NCBI GenBank assembly: GCA_976226885.1
Contig: OZ320313.1
Span: forward strand, 58,094,001-58,158,000
DNA from: Iphione sp. A-MEVVRFRX5
Lineage: Eukaryota
Direction: 5' to 3'
DNA: 64,000 bases
The translations under genes were made by a program, and so were the position numbers. Below the pieces are notes generated by a model that saw only the letters and a program-made list of their open reading frames with translations, ran no database searches and was not told where the DNA came from. How positions within the stretch are numbered: position 1 is the stretch's first letter; each line of letters opens with the position of its first letter. Positions 12,671 to 27,287 of the stretch are shown piece after piece.

Positions 12671-15600
12671 CTGAACATCCGAAATAAAATCCCCACCGCA
12701 CTACGAGATGGCACACACAGTGGTGGGTGTACGTCAGACGGCAGAGAAACGGAGTTCCTGCTGACACAGATGTAACTGTTTCATCTCAAGAGTGCTTCAT
12801 CCTAAGGCCAACGTCGCCTTTAGGGTTGCAGCCGCTCGTACGAGGACCTATTGCAGTAGGCAATTCCCTCTACACCGCCTAATTAAACTATGTAAAGGCA
12901 ACGGCCCAGCTGCCCTTTCTCAAGTTCCTTTAGATTTTGTAATGGTGACTTAATTGCAGGGAAGGGATTTCAGTCAATACTAAGGATAGCTTGAGCTAAA
13001 ATTCAGCCCTCAATGGAAAGAGGTGTTTCTACTTTAACTTGTGTGATGGCTATGGTATTAAATATAAAGAAAGGAAAAGTGTTTGGAAAATTCTTAAATC
13101 ATAATAGAGGGCAGGCATCCATGTTAGCTGGCCATAAATAATGTGGCGTGGTTCATGTCCCGAAGGGCATTGACGGAGCGACGAGAACGCTCACGAAAGG
13201 CGAGAAGGGTGCACGCCGCTACCATGACAACAACACACATCTGAGCAAACAGGACAAGGTAAACAATGCACTATGAGTGATGTTCTTATGGACTAACTGG
13301 CTAATTCATTTCGCTCATGAATAAAGAATATGCCTCTGCTCTTGTTTTATAGTCTGATTTAACGGCCACACTCAGAACGTCGTACCCTTAGGGACTTCTT
13401 CAGAACCAACGTTGCAATTGCCACAAGTCCCCAGTCGACCATACGCTAGCAGATCGAGATTCTTCTTCAGAAAATGTCGGGACATTGAAGTACATGGATA
13501 TCTATACATATATTCATGTATGTATATGAACATGATGTTAACATCTGAGACAAATTCGTATACGACAATATTTATGCACACACTTTCACATTATTTCTAG
13601 TGGAAATCCTAGAAACTGATTGACAGTGTTCTCACATTGATCCCCCCCAGACAATTATCTCCAGAATGGATGGGCCCGATAATTTTTCAGGCAGCGTTAA
13701 AGATCTGTAAGACTATGACTTTTTCACATACTATCAGTGCAAACGCTTAATTTTCACTCTGCCCTGTTTTCCAGTATATTTGCTCGATTTATGCCATTAG
13801 TTAATTCTGATGCCAACACCTGTGACTTGAGTGAAAATATCGAAATAAATATTGAATTCAATTAAGTCGAACGGCATTGCTCTTGAATTCGACCAACTTT
13901 AAATACGAACTTTTCAGGGTTGAAGTTTTATGTATATATACATGTATGTTTATATCGTGGCTGTTGAAAGGAGATAGGGCATCCGACCCTTTTGATACTA
14001 AACAATGACTAATTTTTTTCACGCGTTTTATGCGGTAAATCTGTGCAGTCATATACACGGGATGAAATGGCTAAGAAATGACTGATATTTTCTTACTTCA
14101 TAAAATGTTGCCTGTTTCTGTAACGAGTGTGTCCGGACATTCCTTGAATACAAACACGAAAACTGACATAATACTCACATTAAATGAGTACGCATGTGTA
14201 GTATAATCAGGACGGCGGCATTATTAACTAACATGCAAGAATCACGACATTGTTTTTAGCGATATCATTTACTGATCAGCTGTCGTACATCAAGACTGTT
14301 GGTTCGACTGAAGCGACAGGTTATGAGCGTATTTCATTTGTCCTAAATCTTTTGCATACATGTGTTTTTTAGTATAAAATGCAGTTATTTTTCGTTCCTT
14401 TTCCTGTATCCATGTATGTGTTGCCACTGAAGTAAATGAAAAATTAGATGTTGAACTAAGTGCACTGTCACCATATGATTTAGCTGTCACGAGCATGAAA
14501 ATTAATAATTTTACCAAATTCACACTTTCCTCTCAAAATTACATGTTTAGTTCCTTTGTCAATGTGGACAGGAGCAAGATCATAGCAACAAGCCAGGAAC
14601 ACCTAGTTCGTCAATTTATTTCGCAAGTATGAAGGTGCGTTTTGGTTGCTCTTCTATGAAGCTACATAATCACAATAGACACATTACATCAAGTTCTCAT
14701 TGAGGACTGTGGTGTTCGTTTCCCATTGTTAAAGGCCACTGCTATCTTCTGTAAGTTTTACAGTTGTGACCAGTTGTGAACTGGAAACTCAACAACCAGA
14801 TAACCGCATATGCGAGTAGAAACAGGTATTTTCACTGTAAATAATTATTGTACAATTGAACCAGGCATGGTTATCCATAACTGGAGTGTGTTTTGGTGAA
14901 CTATAAGGTAATTTATAATAAAAATAACATCTTTAACCAGATGCAGCTGTCAGAGTGACTTATCACGGTGGTGCAACATAAAGGGCATCAGGCCCACAGC
15001 GGAGGTTGGCCTCTTTGGTATCCAGGTGTTAGAATCTGACTGCCATAAGTTCTTAACCACTAATGCAATAGAGGTGCCCACTGGTGGTGGAGGGTGTTCC
15101 TGAATTTCATAACCAAGGGGAAAATGCTTGGTCCAACACAGGGATGACAGAGGAATTCAGTGAGTGTTGTTAACAAAGGAATTTATGTTTCAGCCAACAC
15201 AGGAAAAGGAGACACCAGAGAAATCCTCCCTGTGTTAGTGTATTGCCTGGTGCACGTGTGGGGTCACTGGAACATCCAAGAGATTATATAAGCTGGAACA
15301 GGCTATCGAATTGTACCATTCACTCTGCAGTTGTTAACATGTCGCATGGACTCCTACACAAGACACAGGCCTCACAGAAGAGCTGCAGACAGACAGACTC
15401 GGGTAAAGGACTTTTTAAAAATTTTAAGTAATTTCATTTTTCCACTTTTTCGTAATAGATAACTTCTGGAGCATTTAGAATTGCTTTGACTTTTGGTTCC
15501 ATTTGTTCATTTTACAAATAATTATTTTCATTATGATAATTCACAAATACTGCCATGCAAGCTTTCCCCACCAGGAGGTGCAAGTATGTCCAACTCAACA

Positions 15601-18600
15601 ACCGGATTATACAGTATTCAGATTAATATGGTGGGAATGGCGGTTGTCTGGTTGACGAGTGACAACTGTAGGTGAATTTGAAATATATATGGACCTAGTA
15701 CTCGTAGCAATCAATTGTATTTCTTTGATTCTCTCCCCCAAAAAGAAACACGATGTTATAGGAGGTAAAAGTGTTAGCGAGGATGCATGCATGATCCGTC
15801 TTTCTCAGGGGAACTGCGTACATTTCCCTTAAGGAATATTTCCCTTGATGGTACAGCAGCATGCGACGGAACAGGAAGAGAAATAAGAAAGCCATTAACG
15901 CAGGTAAGAGCCGGGGAATTAATCCTTGGGAGATGGCATAATGCTCCCAAATACCAGTCGGTTTTATATGATAAAAGTACATTTGTGCACGAATATGAGC
16001 AACCGTAGGGTGGATATTATCTGTAAACAGCAGACAATTTAAGTACTTGACATTCTGTACCTGCATTCCTTTCAAAAAGAGTCGGAAGTCCTGCTTCTTC
16101 AGTTGCAGGTATCTGTCTATATGACTTCAGCTGTTCTTCCAATCACTTTACCCATAGACATGTAGTAAGAAACCTTTAAGCCCCCAGTATGGTGTCTCCT
16201 ATTCTCGATCCACATACTCATAATTTTGTCCTATTCACGTGTTCTAGTATCTACGATATATATCAGATTGTTCATTAAAGAACTAGCGGGAAACAACATA
16301 CTAAACCTCGAATTTCCGAACGTGTGTATCTTGTATAACGTAGTACTGACATTTTGGCGTCGGAAGCTCAAATCAGTTTAACACTTTCCCAGAATAGAAA
16401 ACATTTCATTTCATCATACAGACTACAACTCAGCTCTTGACCGCTTGATATATTGGCAAACGTTTACTTGACAATTTCATGATGTCGTCATATTAAATCG
16501 GTATATTACTGGACAAATTAACATCATTGCCAGCTTGTCATGTCAGCCACGTTTAGAGAACATTTCTGTGACCCATATTATGGCAAGAAACACTTTTTCC
16601 CCATAAGCGTCACATTGCGTCAACGCAGTTTAGGTACGGGCGTGTATACACATCTCAAAAGCACGAATCAGTCCACCTCTGAATAGAGTATTTTTTGTAA
16701 GTAATTTTTTCAAGATATCTTCGTGATATGAGGAACGTATAACCAAGTCAGGTGCAATGAACTGATAAGCGTAGCCTTGTGGATACATGTTGATACATTT
16801 GAGCACACTTGTTTAAATCTATTCTGCCCGGATTCGTCATATACAGGAGCAACGCGTATTTTTCACGTGCACACATTTTCTGGCAAACAGTTATACATCA
16901 AACTGTATATATGTGTTTAAATGACACAAAAATAAGTCACACGAGAAAACAGGACCACAACAAGACGACAACCTGGTTTGGTATATAAGTGTAAGCTGAG
17001 AAGTAATAGTGTAAACACTGAAAGTCATACTTTGCAAATGCTTTTCACTTTTTGACTATGGAACTACCCTACTATGAGTCTGTCTGTGTTGGGTTGTCTA
17101 GTCCTTATTCCATTTCTCATCTTTAGCAACATGCATTTAATACAAGTACCTTTTAGACTAGTTTTTAATGACAGGAGGAAGCGTGATGCATGCAGGAAGC
17201 ATACATGCAAGGATTTTTGAGGTTCGTGATGTGAGCAGATAAGGTATGTATGTGCATGATGTGATATTCACAATGAAAGCTATCCACAAATTGCATGCAT
17301 GCATCCCAGAGCTCCATAATTGCTGCTGCTGCTCTCACTGTGCCTTCGTTCTTTGAAGTCTTAAAATCTGATGAATTCAATGGGATTTACTCTAGATATT
17401 CAGGAAAATATGGTGAAACATGTGGGAGGTTACATGTACACAGGTGGAATCTGCCCTTCAGGGAGTGTCAGGGGAGACGTGTTACCCACATTTTGTCACA
17501 AGCACGAACCAGTATGATATTCATTGAAGCCTCTGCAAAACAGTATGTGGCACACAGCTTTGTGCCAACGTCCCATTCTAAGGTAAGTATGTGTGTGTGG
17601 CGTGTAATCTTTCAATGCGGATGTCCATTCAATAGTAGTCCGATGATAAGTGTGACTGAGACACGGAAAATATAAAAATGTTTGCTGTTCTCATCGATAC
17701 TCTGTCTTTAGACAACACCAGGCACTGCTTTGAAATAGTTGGAGACGTTTTCTGGTCATTTTATCTGTTTGTTCTAAAATGCAACACGAAATTTAAGTAT
17801 TCATCAGCTCTAAGTTTTACTTATTATCCACATGGTTAGTTTTGACTCGATTTCCTTTTTTATGGATGGGGGTGGGGAAGTGCACGATATACATGTACAC
17901 CTTTCATGGTTATTTTTGATCATCTGTATCTGGCTGAAAATAGCACTGTGTAACCCCTTGCATATGGCTCCTCTCCCCCTGAGCCAGCCTCACAAACAAC
18001 TCCCCCAGCGGTGTGGCTGAGCCACTCATCATAGCTCGTTAGAGACGGTTGCTGCCAGGAGAGAGCACATTGTTACATGGGTCGCGAGAATTCAGCCTCT
18101 CAATCTCCGCTTTGCATACGTGTGCGCACTGCCAAGCCGCTATTAGTCAAGTGATTATATTTGATTTACTGCAAAGACCCGCGCCTAGCTGGTGGTCGCG
18201 TGCATTATTTAAGGTGGTCCCACGTGGGTCCCTACCCCGGCAGCATTGTGAAATGACTGGCAGTCAGAGTGACCGTTTTCTATCATGCTTTGGTCTGCCA
18301 CAACTGACATGGATACATGCCTATCGCTCCTCCTCGTCTAGCTCTCTAAACCCTCTCATGATCCCTATGAATGAATAACCACAACCTACCCCCAAACCGC
18401 ATAGGATGATGCAAATATATTCCCTTTATGGGTTCTCCATTGATGGGATGAGGCTGGAATGACAATGGCTGTTATATAAACGACTACTTACGCAGTGTAC
18501 ACGGATAACCTTTATCGAGGGATATCAGGAAACGTACACTATGGGACCCCCGAGTGATCGATATTGACATGACTTCGGATTGATTCAATAAAGCCTATGC

Positions 18601-21600
18601 TAATATCAGTTTATAAAGGGAAGTACCCCCCACATATTGATATCATCAAGTAGGTCACACACTAATGTGTGTAATAATAGACGGTGTTTGTTTACTTGAT
18701 CGTTTCAGCAGAGTATAGTACGAACGCGAACTTATATGCATGTCCAGGATACATGCTGTAACACCGCGTTGACATAAATAAATATTTTGGGTAGCCCTTA
18801 AGGAGGCTTCAAAATAACCCAATACCATCACTTGAATCAAACGAGCGTGTAACGCAGTTGGACCTCACCATAGAGGTATTCTTGATATCTGCATAAAGTT
18901 AATTAGAACAAGAAAGTAGCAAGCTAAAGTACATGCTGCAGTATCGTGAAGCCTTCGAGACTGACACTGGTAGGCATCTATTTAACATCCCTGCCCGAAG
19001 ACCGAAGCGCGCCCTGTCATGCGCATGAATATTTCATTTCACTGACGAAATATAGATACGATTCATGGCTGTGGTGGAAGGGTAAAATTGTGTAGACGAC
19101 TATAATCAACACTGTGCGCCTACAATGTGTTGCTCCCTAAAGGAAAGTTTAAACGAAGGACTATGCCAACTGAAAAGGATGCAACCAGGCTCCCTCTATT
19201 TAGAGTGAGGCATTACGTCGAGGTTTATGACTCAATTGATAGAGTCGATGGGCAATAAAATTCGGAATTTCCCATGTGCGAGCTTTGAGAATAAATGTCG
19301 AGATCATACAGATCCATTTAGGCCATTTTAGTAAGCTGGCAAACGGAGGTTTTGCTGCATGATCTCCCATTTCATAGTGCAAGTCGTCAGTGAAATTGCG
19401 AATAGTCACTTATCCTAATCTTGTGAAATAAAATTTCTGTTACAGCTACTTTTTCCCCCTCACGGTGTCTCAGCTTCTGATCTAAAATTATGACGAAATC
19501 TTTCTCAGTTTGGGGGGAGGGGGCTTTATGCATTACTGATTCAAAATAAATGAAAACCACTAACGTGATCTGTAAAATGTGAACAAACCTTTCAATTTCA
19601 AATTCAATACTTGGTTTTCCACCTTTTTTATTATTTATACCTTACTTCATACTTACACTTTAGGCTACAATCGTACGATAAAATACTGCTAACGTAATAG
19701 TGAAGGCAATTGTAGATTATGAAATGAATACGCTTACTACACTTAAAGTCTCAACAGAATGAGGGACTGTTACAACCTTGATACTAGTAATCAAATAAAC
19801 ACAACCTCAGGTAAATACTTGTGTGTATTCAAATATCTGTCAGTTTCGGTGATTTGGCGCACATGAGGACGAACGCCCTTATCAAACAATACTAGATTTT
19901 AAAACAGTGTGACAATGATTGACGTACGCGAGTCTCCACATGACCCACGTACAGAACACCCAGCTCAACTTGAACCTGTCGCCACATTTGTTAAGGCAAA
20001 TTAATTCTATATGCCCTAGACGTGAGCACAATGTAAAATTCATGACGCGATAGTACTCCCCGCATAGTCTCCTTTGGTACTTTTGTCTTCCAAAGAAGAT
20101 GCAGTACTGTTATAAAATACGACCTTGCAACGATGCAGCTTATATTCCAATGCGTTCCATCAAGTCATTTCTTTTGTCGCCCTCTCAAACTGAATGGACC
20201 CGAGGGAACCATATCATGATTGTATACCAATGCCACGATGAAGACACCAATATTACGAACGTATTTTGGTGAGGGCCAGGCAGTGAGTCTTGAGGTGGGT
20301 CTGTGGTGGGTAGGGAGGGTTCGGCGTGTGACAATCCAATTGGCCGCTGAGGATGTCAGCTTGCTGCGACCCGACGCCACTTTGTTCCCAGTGATTTCGC
20401 CTTTGTGGGAGTCGAGTCAACGAGGGTGAGGCGAGTGGCGTTGCGGCGGGTGCCTCAGGTCAGTCTCTCTCCTGGCAGGCGCAGGATATCGGGTTACAGG
20501 CGCTGTCTGACCGCCGACTGTGAGTGGACAGAGAACAACGACAGAGGCAGGCCGCCTGCCAGCAGGCAAACGAAGCCAGGCGTGCGGGAGGGCACTTGGG
20601 GATCGTAGGGACAGTCAATCTCTACCACAGACTGCCTGGCGCGGATCTACGCTCGCCGGTACGGGATCGAACTGAACATCAATGCAATTATGTACCGGGA
20701 CAACGAACAGCCAAGAAATGCAAGACATTACATAGAAGTTTTTCTTCCTCATCTCAGAGTGGGCTCGTTCTTCAGGTGGCAATGTCCTGCTTTCAAAAAA
20801 TTCTGAACTGAAAAGCCAGATTTCTCCCCGACCAAGGACAACGTCATTGTTTTTACTGGAAAGATAAAGATTGCCCTGATACAGTCCTAATACTGTATAT
20901 CCACTCAAAGAGTGAAAGTGCATTAAATATTTCGGACGGTCAAGTTTTCACTGACAGAACGGGTAGTAAGCAAATGTGCTTATTTGTAAATTATGTGTAG
21001 ATACTATGCCGGAAATAACCCGGCCATTTGTTAACACAAACCTATCTGTAAGATTTAATCAACATCACGTCCGTATAGGCACATGCCTCAGCTTCATTTC
21101 ATTAATAACTTTCCTGTTTCCAGCATCACCCGATCCAGCCTCAGTCCGGTCCTTTTCTGATATCAAACACAGCCAGACGGTTCATCTAGTCCTGCTTCTA
21201 CGTCCGCCTGATGAATAGTTGCTATGACGACGCTATCGACATGTCCTATTTTTCATACTTTTCCTAAGCTCGTAGATGCCACCAATATAAAATTTGCGAA
21301 TGGGATAGTTTTCTCGGTTCCCAAATACCACGTAACATTACTCTATTCAGACAACGGATTAATTAGGTCTGAAATATCTGATGTAATTCAAAATTTCTCC
21401 ATGCAACAATATCTTTATTAAGTTGGCTGTCAGTCTTTTCACGCAAATATTTGATTTAGTATCGAAACCTAGTGAATCGATTTCAATTGTATATCAATAA
21501 AGACGCAGGGGATAGCATGTTTCAGAATAGACGTATGTATCAAGTGTAAGCCATCGAAACGATAAGTCTGCATTTGTGGGACATGTACATGTGCACGTCC

Positions 21601-22882
21601 ATTGCACGGAATTGTAAATATGGTTCCAGCCTGAACATCGATATACAAAGAAAGGTGCAATAGAGATTGTATAATACAGGTATATCTTTGGTGTACCCGA
21701 AGACGTTGTCCTCTCTTAGGAAAGGCGGGTCTACGAGGACGTCGTTGACTAGGCAGTTACGGTAGCGGATCTCCTTTCATTTTCAAGTAAATCCATCGCT
21801 GTTGTCAACACGTAAAAAGTAAATTGAATGAAGCAATCCTGTAGTGATTCATGGACGTGTATGATTTTCATACATTCGATTATGCTAATTAGATGGTTCA
21901 TTTGCAAGCAGAAGCGCTCTGGGGGTTCCCATGACATGCCTTCTCGTCTTGCGTGCAGAGCGGCGGCATCGTCAAGGGGTGGACTTGGTTGATAAATTTG
22001 CATTTTATTGCAGCACGAAGACAAAGCAGGGCACGGAGTAAAGTGAACAGGAGAGGAAGATGGGAATCGACAAACGCGGATGCTCGATTTGCGGCTAAAA
22101 CAAGGATCTCCAAACCGAAAAAAACGGCCTCCAACAGTAAGTGCACAGGTGTCCATCCTTTTCTATGAAAAATTGCCGTATGGGAGAGGCCCGCTAAACA
22201 TCAACTGCGTCCGAAACGATCCTATACAAATTAAACCCCACAGAAACTCTGTAGCGAACTATAATTTATTCACGAAGAGGTGAGACGCACGTATGTTCGT
22301 ACACGTGGGAAATGCGGTTAAAGACGTGGCTATGCAAACAGAGACAAATCAGTGTGAGAAGCCAAAGGCGCCACTGTAGAAATGTTGAGCCGCTATCTGA
22401 TTCAAGACATACGCACTCTCAATGCGGCCCCATCGCACTTCCGAGTGACAGGTAAGACAGACTACTCGCTGTCTATTCCCTTTGATCCCCTAGTTCAAAA
22501 GTAGCGGTGTTGACTAATGAGAATCACTAATCAAGTTCCATGGTGTGTGCCAGTTAATACTTAATCTGTTGCCATCAATTTACTGTTGGATATCGTGGTA
22601 CCTTCAACGCTGTATGTGTGCCCGTGGACAACACACTATTCGGAAGATTTATCATATACAGGAGTCAAACGTAACTGGGGACCGGGGACCAAGACGTATG
22701 TTGTGTTTGGGGTAGTCTATTTTCAACACCATGTAGATCGATGTCTACGATGTATCGAGTGGCGAAGACGATCGCGAATGGGCTAGTTGAGGCGAGATCA
22801 CAGTAACTGTGTGATATATGAAAGTTGGGAACATGAGCGGTATTCACACTTTCAGTGTACCCGAATGCGCGCCACGAGGTGA

Positions 22883-23113
22883 CTAGTCTTCCTTCATTTC
22901 TTTCCTACAGGAAAGAGGAGGAGGGTCACGTTGTGACGGCTGTCGGGTGGGCGGGTGTTGGAGGTGGTAGATGAGGCGGTTGAGGTGTGGCTGGGCGACG
23001 GGAGAGGTTGGAGCTGGGGGCGCCGTCACCGCCCTGGTGATCAGATGAGGTTCCGAGCCGTCACATTTGTTATGCTGTCTGCTGCTTTGCACAGCCGCCC
23101 CAGGAGGGGTCAT
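22883..23113 (-). CDS. Candidate terminal coding exon, Pro-rich 76 aa
   Basis: Acceptor ttgtatttttaacgtag immediately before the ORF; only phase 0 is open; GC-rich. Could be a chance ORF in a GC island. Confidence 0.25.
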   Translation of the reverse strand: MTPPGAAVQSSRQHNKCDGSEPHLITRAVTAPPAPTSPVAQPHLNRLIYHLQHPPTRQPSQRDPPPLSCRKEMKED

Positions 23114-24859
23114 CTACGTTAAAAATACAAGTACGTTTCACTCCCGTGCACTGGGTCTTGCAGCCTACCCTTCCGAGGTGTTTACAATTGGGGCAAAAAT
23201 CTATTTATTCCAAATCGCTCAACGTGTGACTAAAGACGACACAATATTCGTTAGGAAAGTGCACTATGCCTCAAAGGTAAGGCCTTTCCGACGCCTTTTC
23301 AAAATAGTTATAACATACCGATGTTGGTTTATGGTTCTCGAGTTCTCAGGAATTCTCTATTATATAAAAGTATCAAATAGCGAAATTTGGCAGTTAGTAA
23401 AAACTATCCAGTTCTATAGAAAACCCCAATGGGGATAATCGTTGTCTGATCAACCAAGGACTACATTATATTGGAAAACATGCTTAGACAGCAACTTCTA
23501 GTGAATTGTGAAATTTAAACAAACTAATTACATTTAAATGTACTTTTAGAACACTGTGTTGTCCACAATTGACTCGTTGCCGTGCTATGTGAGCGCGTTC
23601 TCACGAACCTACTGACCATATCTAATTGGCACCTGCCATTGACCTTTCGCACCTTTACAAACAACCCTTTTACTCCTTTCCCGCCTTATTTCCACAGCTG
23701 AGAAGCAGCTGTCAACGTTACATCTCCTCCTCTTTAAACTACCGCGAGTCAGGGCTACGTTTTGTACACCTCTTTCTCAACCATGTCGCCCCATTAAAGA
23801 GTTCAAATACATGGCCCATCATTAGGCAATTATGTGTAGGGACAAAAGGAAAGATGTAACACACGCCATACTGAAGCACCCCCTGTGGAGGACTAAGGTA
23901 TCCTGTCCGTCATCGTCTGAACGGGTAACATCCATGACAGTGTATGCTTTTGTGAATTTAATTCCATGGGGCGCGCGGAGAGGCGTCACCTAATGAACCA
24001 AACATCGAGGTGAATTTGAAAGCGGCCTCTGTGAATAGGAGCACCTGAATAGCCCTTACTGCGGAAAAAAAATCCTGGCTAGGCGACATATTGGATGACA
24101 TGGACCGGACTATGTTTGTAATGCTCCCCTAAATACAAATTAGCCAGATCACAGTTCCTTTATCGCTATTCATCATAGGAAAATATAATGGGAACTAGCA
24201 ACCTGAGACAAGTCACAGAGCAGCCATATTTCCGATACTATTGAATAGACAGTATCTGTCCTACGGCTAGATTTTACATCATTTTGGATATTTTCTGAAA
24301 GACGTAGTCGCTGGCATTTCCCTGCATATCTGTACTTATAACCGTTGCTATACAAGGGGACTACCGACGAGCATGGTGGTCTTTTAACTGTCTAGTATTC
24401 TTAACACATGTGAGGTCTTATTTAAACAAAACTTGGTTGACACCAAATACATAGAAATCTGATCAACTTATCAGCAAACAGGATGAGAGCCGCTTTATAT
24501 GATCTTATTTATCAGTAATGTCTGTGTAGAAGAGAGTTGCATAACATGCAGTAAGGTCTGGATGCAATACTTGCACTAGTGTGTTTGTGCTGCATTTCGA
24601 GTGTACTGCATTTTTTGTGAAATAACCCCTAAGCAACATTAACATTTCCATATTATGTGTTGTGGTGGTGTATTGTGTGTGCATTATGGGAGTGTGTGTT
24701 GTTTGTTTTATGGTGCAAGCTCATAATTTCATTCAATACACAAATGCAATACACAAGTAGGATATGGCTTATAGCATTTCTAGAAGACAATGACATTAGT
24801 GCATCTGCTAGTTTAAGTAAAATGCATGATTACCACACACTGATGTACAGTGGTGCATA

Positions 24860-25030
24860 ATTCCGTACTTTCTCTGATCAACTTGCCATTTTAAGCACTT
24901 TTCCCATCAAATGCACTGGTTTTCAGTCATTTTTCATATTTTTACATCATCTTACATGGATTTACCTACTTTCTTTCCTTTAACAAAGCATGCATTTCAC
25001 GAGTCCAACGGACACCCTAAACATCAACAC
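24860..25030 (-). repeat. Inverted diverged copy of the same repeat family
   Basis: The minus strand reads GGGTGTCC ... GGGAAAAGTGCTTAAAATGGCAAGTTGATCAGAGAAAGTAC, matching the 80-330 unit. Confidence 0.5.
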
Positions 25031-27098
25031 ATTATTCCAGTGAGTGAACACGCAATGAGCACTACGCAACGGGTGTCAATGCATTGCAAGTACGGAAACC
25101 TAGCCTAAAATGCACTACTGATGATAAAATGCCAAAGATGCCATGAAACTAACTTACAAGGCCAATAAGAAATTGTGGATCACAAACCCTAATCGAGAGT
25201 ACAATATGATAGGAGGTGCCAATGCCGAATGACTGTTTGCGACGATGGTGAGACAAAACTAGACTCCGTTTAGCCAGTGCAGGACGGGTGTTACAAAATG
25301 CATTCACCCACCGGCGAATTCGGGCCATGGAGAAAGCCTTTTGTATGCAATGGTGTCGAACTCAGTTGTATAAAAACGGACATTGATGTGTTCATTGCTC
25401 TCTTGTTTTTATTTTCTCACTCATTCATTGCATGCCTTTGCCCTACATTTCAGTTGAAGACATCTACTTTAATTAAACTTCGTCTTGTCTGAGGCCTTCT
25501 CCGTTTGTTCACGATTTTGACTGAATTATTGTCTGGATTCCTAGCTTCCTCTTGCCCTCTACTTACCCTCTCTTTCCCTCGCAGCTTTAATTAGGCATAT
25601 CTATTTCTTTCCCTGTACACTGCTATTTATCTTCCATGTCCGACCTATTCCCCAGCGGAGAACTTTGCGAGTTGATATCGTTTGTGTGAGGTGATGATAG
25701 GTCAGCTGACAGGTTTCTTTTACAGGAGTAGCTCAATCAGTGTTACATTGCAGCTGGAGAGTGGCTCTCTTCACCGCACTGACCTTGGCGGTTCACCGGA
25801 GAGCACCACGACACAGCAACCGAAATTAGGCCCGTCCCGCGGGCGACTGGCTAGCCAATCAGCACCCCTGACACAATTAGCTGCCGAGATTGCAAATTTC
25901 CTTTTGAGCAGTATTCTGATTGGTTTGCTTTAAACTCTGACCAACCACTGAATGCTCTCCCCGGGCCACATTGGACATTCGCAGATCTGCTTCAGTACAC
26001 AAGTACGACTACATTACTTCCATGTACTTAGAGCAACAAGTTTTCAAACTTTATGCATTTGTAAGCTTTTTAATTTATTTTTCACAGTTTTCTCATACCG
26101 CCTTAAGTTACTATTAAAGAAAGCTTCGACAGTCATTTCAAAGGGCATGTGAGTGAATTACTATCTGGAAGGGTGTTGACCCTTTCCTGGTTAAGGCTAG
26201 CAGGAACAGGGCAGATGGTGGCCACAGACAGACAAGACATATGGATGCTAACCCCGGGGGAGCAATCCTTTTTGTGGTGATGGCTGGCCTCCCGTCGAGG
26301 TCAGATCAACGCTGACACAAGGACGGTTCCAACCGTAGGACGCGGCCACCTACCGGAGGGTGTGGTAACAGCTACAAGGTAGCGGGCTGCGCTCATTCAT
26401 TAACACCTTCGCCCGCCGGAGGGCGCATCTCGCAATAGCGCCGGCGTTACAACTTTAGCCTCCAGAGAGTCACTGGCCCTTACCTGACCTTGCTCCTGAC
26501 CACTGCTACAAGCCTCTTACATTCGGTGAGGAGAGCAAGACACGACCAACCAATCACTTGATGTGGCCGCAGCATACTTCATATATTAGTCTAAAAGTAT
26601 CATATTTCGGTATGCAAAAACGTATCAAAGAAGCATAGCTTCGGGCCCTGCCCCTAACATAACCTATACCTGAAGTTGTAAACAGTTTATCACGAACTGT
26701 CTGGAAGGATTTCTGTGTGCGTTTATCAAAACATAGTCGTTGTACTAATCTATTCGTTTATACAAGCTAGGACTCTAGTCTTGACCCAGCGAAAATAGAA
26801 TAATAAGCTTGATTGTGAACCACCGAAACGCTCCTCTATGCGAATTTGATTTGCTTAATGATTTATATTAAACTGAACAGGCGACACTTTCCTGTAACTA
26901 ATGAGTGCTTATAGATAGGTAGTCTGGTGGAATTCACTACCTTAATCACGGAAACGTCAGAAAATATGTATCGCTCACTTTTAAAAAAGTGAAAATGATT
27001 GCCATTCCGTTTGCATGCGCATTTTACCAAATTTAATTTCTGGCGGGTTGAGGACCAAAGCAATGTTATTGCTTTAATTGGTGGATAAGAAAGGCACA

Positions 27099-27287
27099 CT
27101 ACATCATAATGTCTGGCGTGAAGTTTCTTGTCGTTATGATAAACGCCGGGCCGTCACACCAATTGATGAGACTCGAGTAGTTCCGGAGAGAGGCACCAGG
27201 TATCGCTGCTCGCCCCAGCAGAGAGGCTGCTGAGGTGGACATAATGGCCTGGCCTCCATTCATGTCAGACATTTCCACCGTTTGCAC
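27099..27287 (-). CDS. Candidate exon (VQTVEMSDMNGGQAIM...TPDIMM*)
   Basis: Acceptor ttcatatcag; only phase 0 is open, running to TAG. Confidence 0.25.
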   Translation of the reverse strand: MQTVEMSDMNGGQAIMSTSAASLLGRAAIPGASLRNYSSLINWCDGPAFIITTRNFTPDIMM

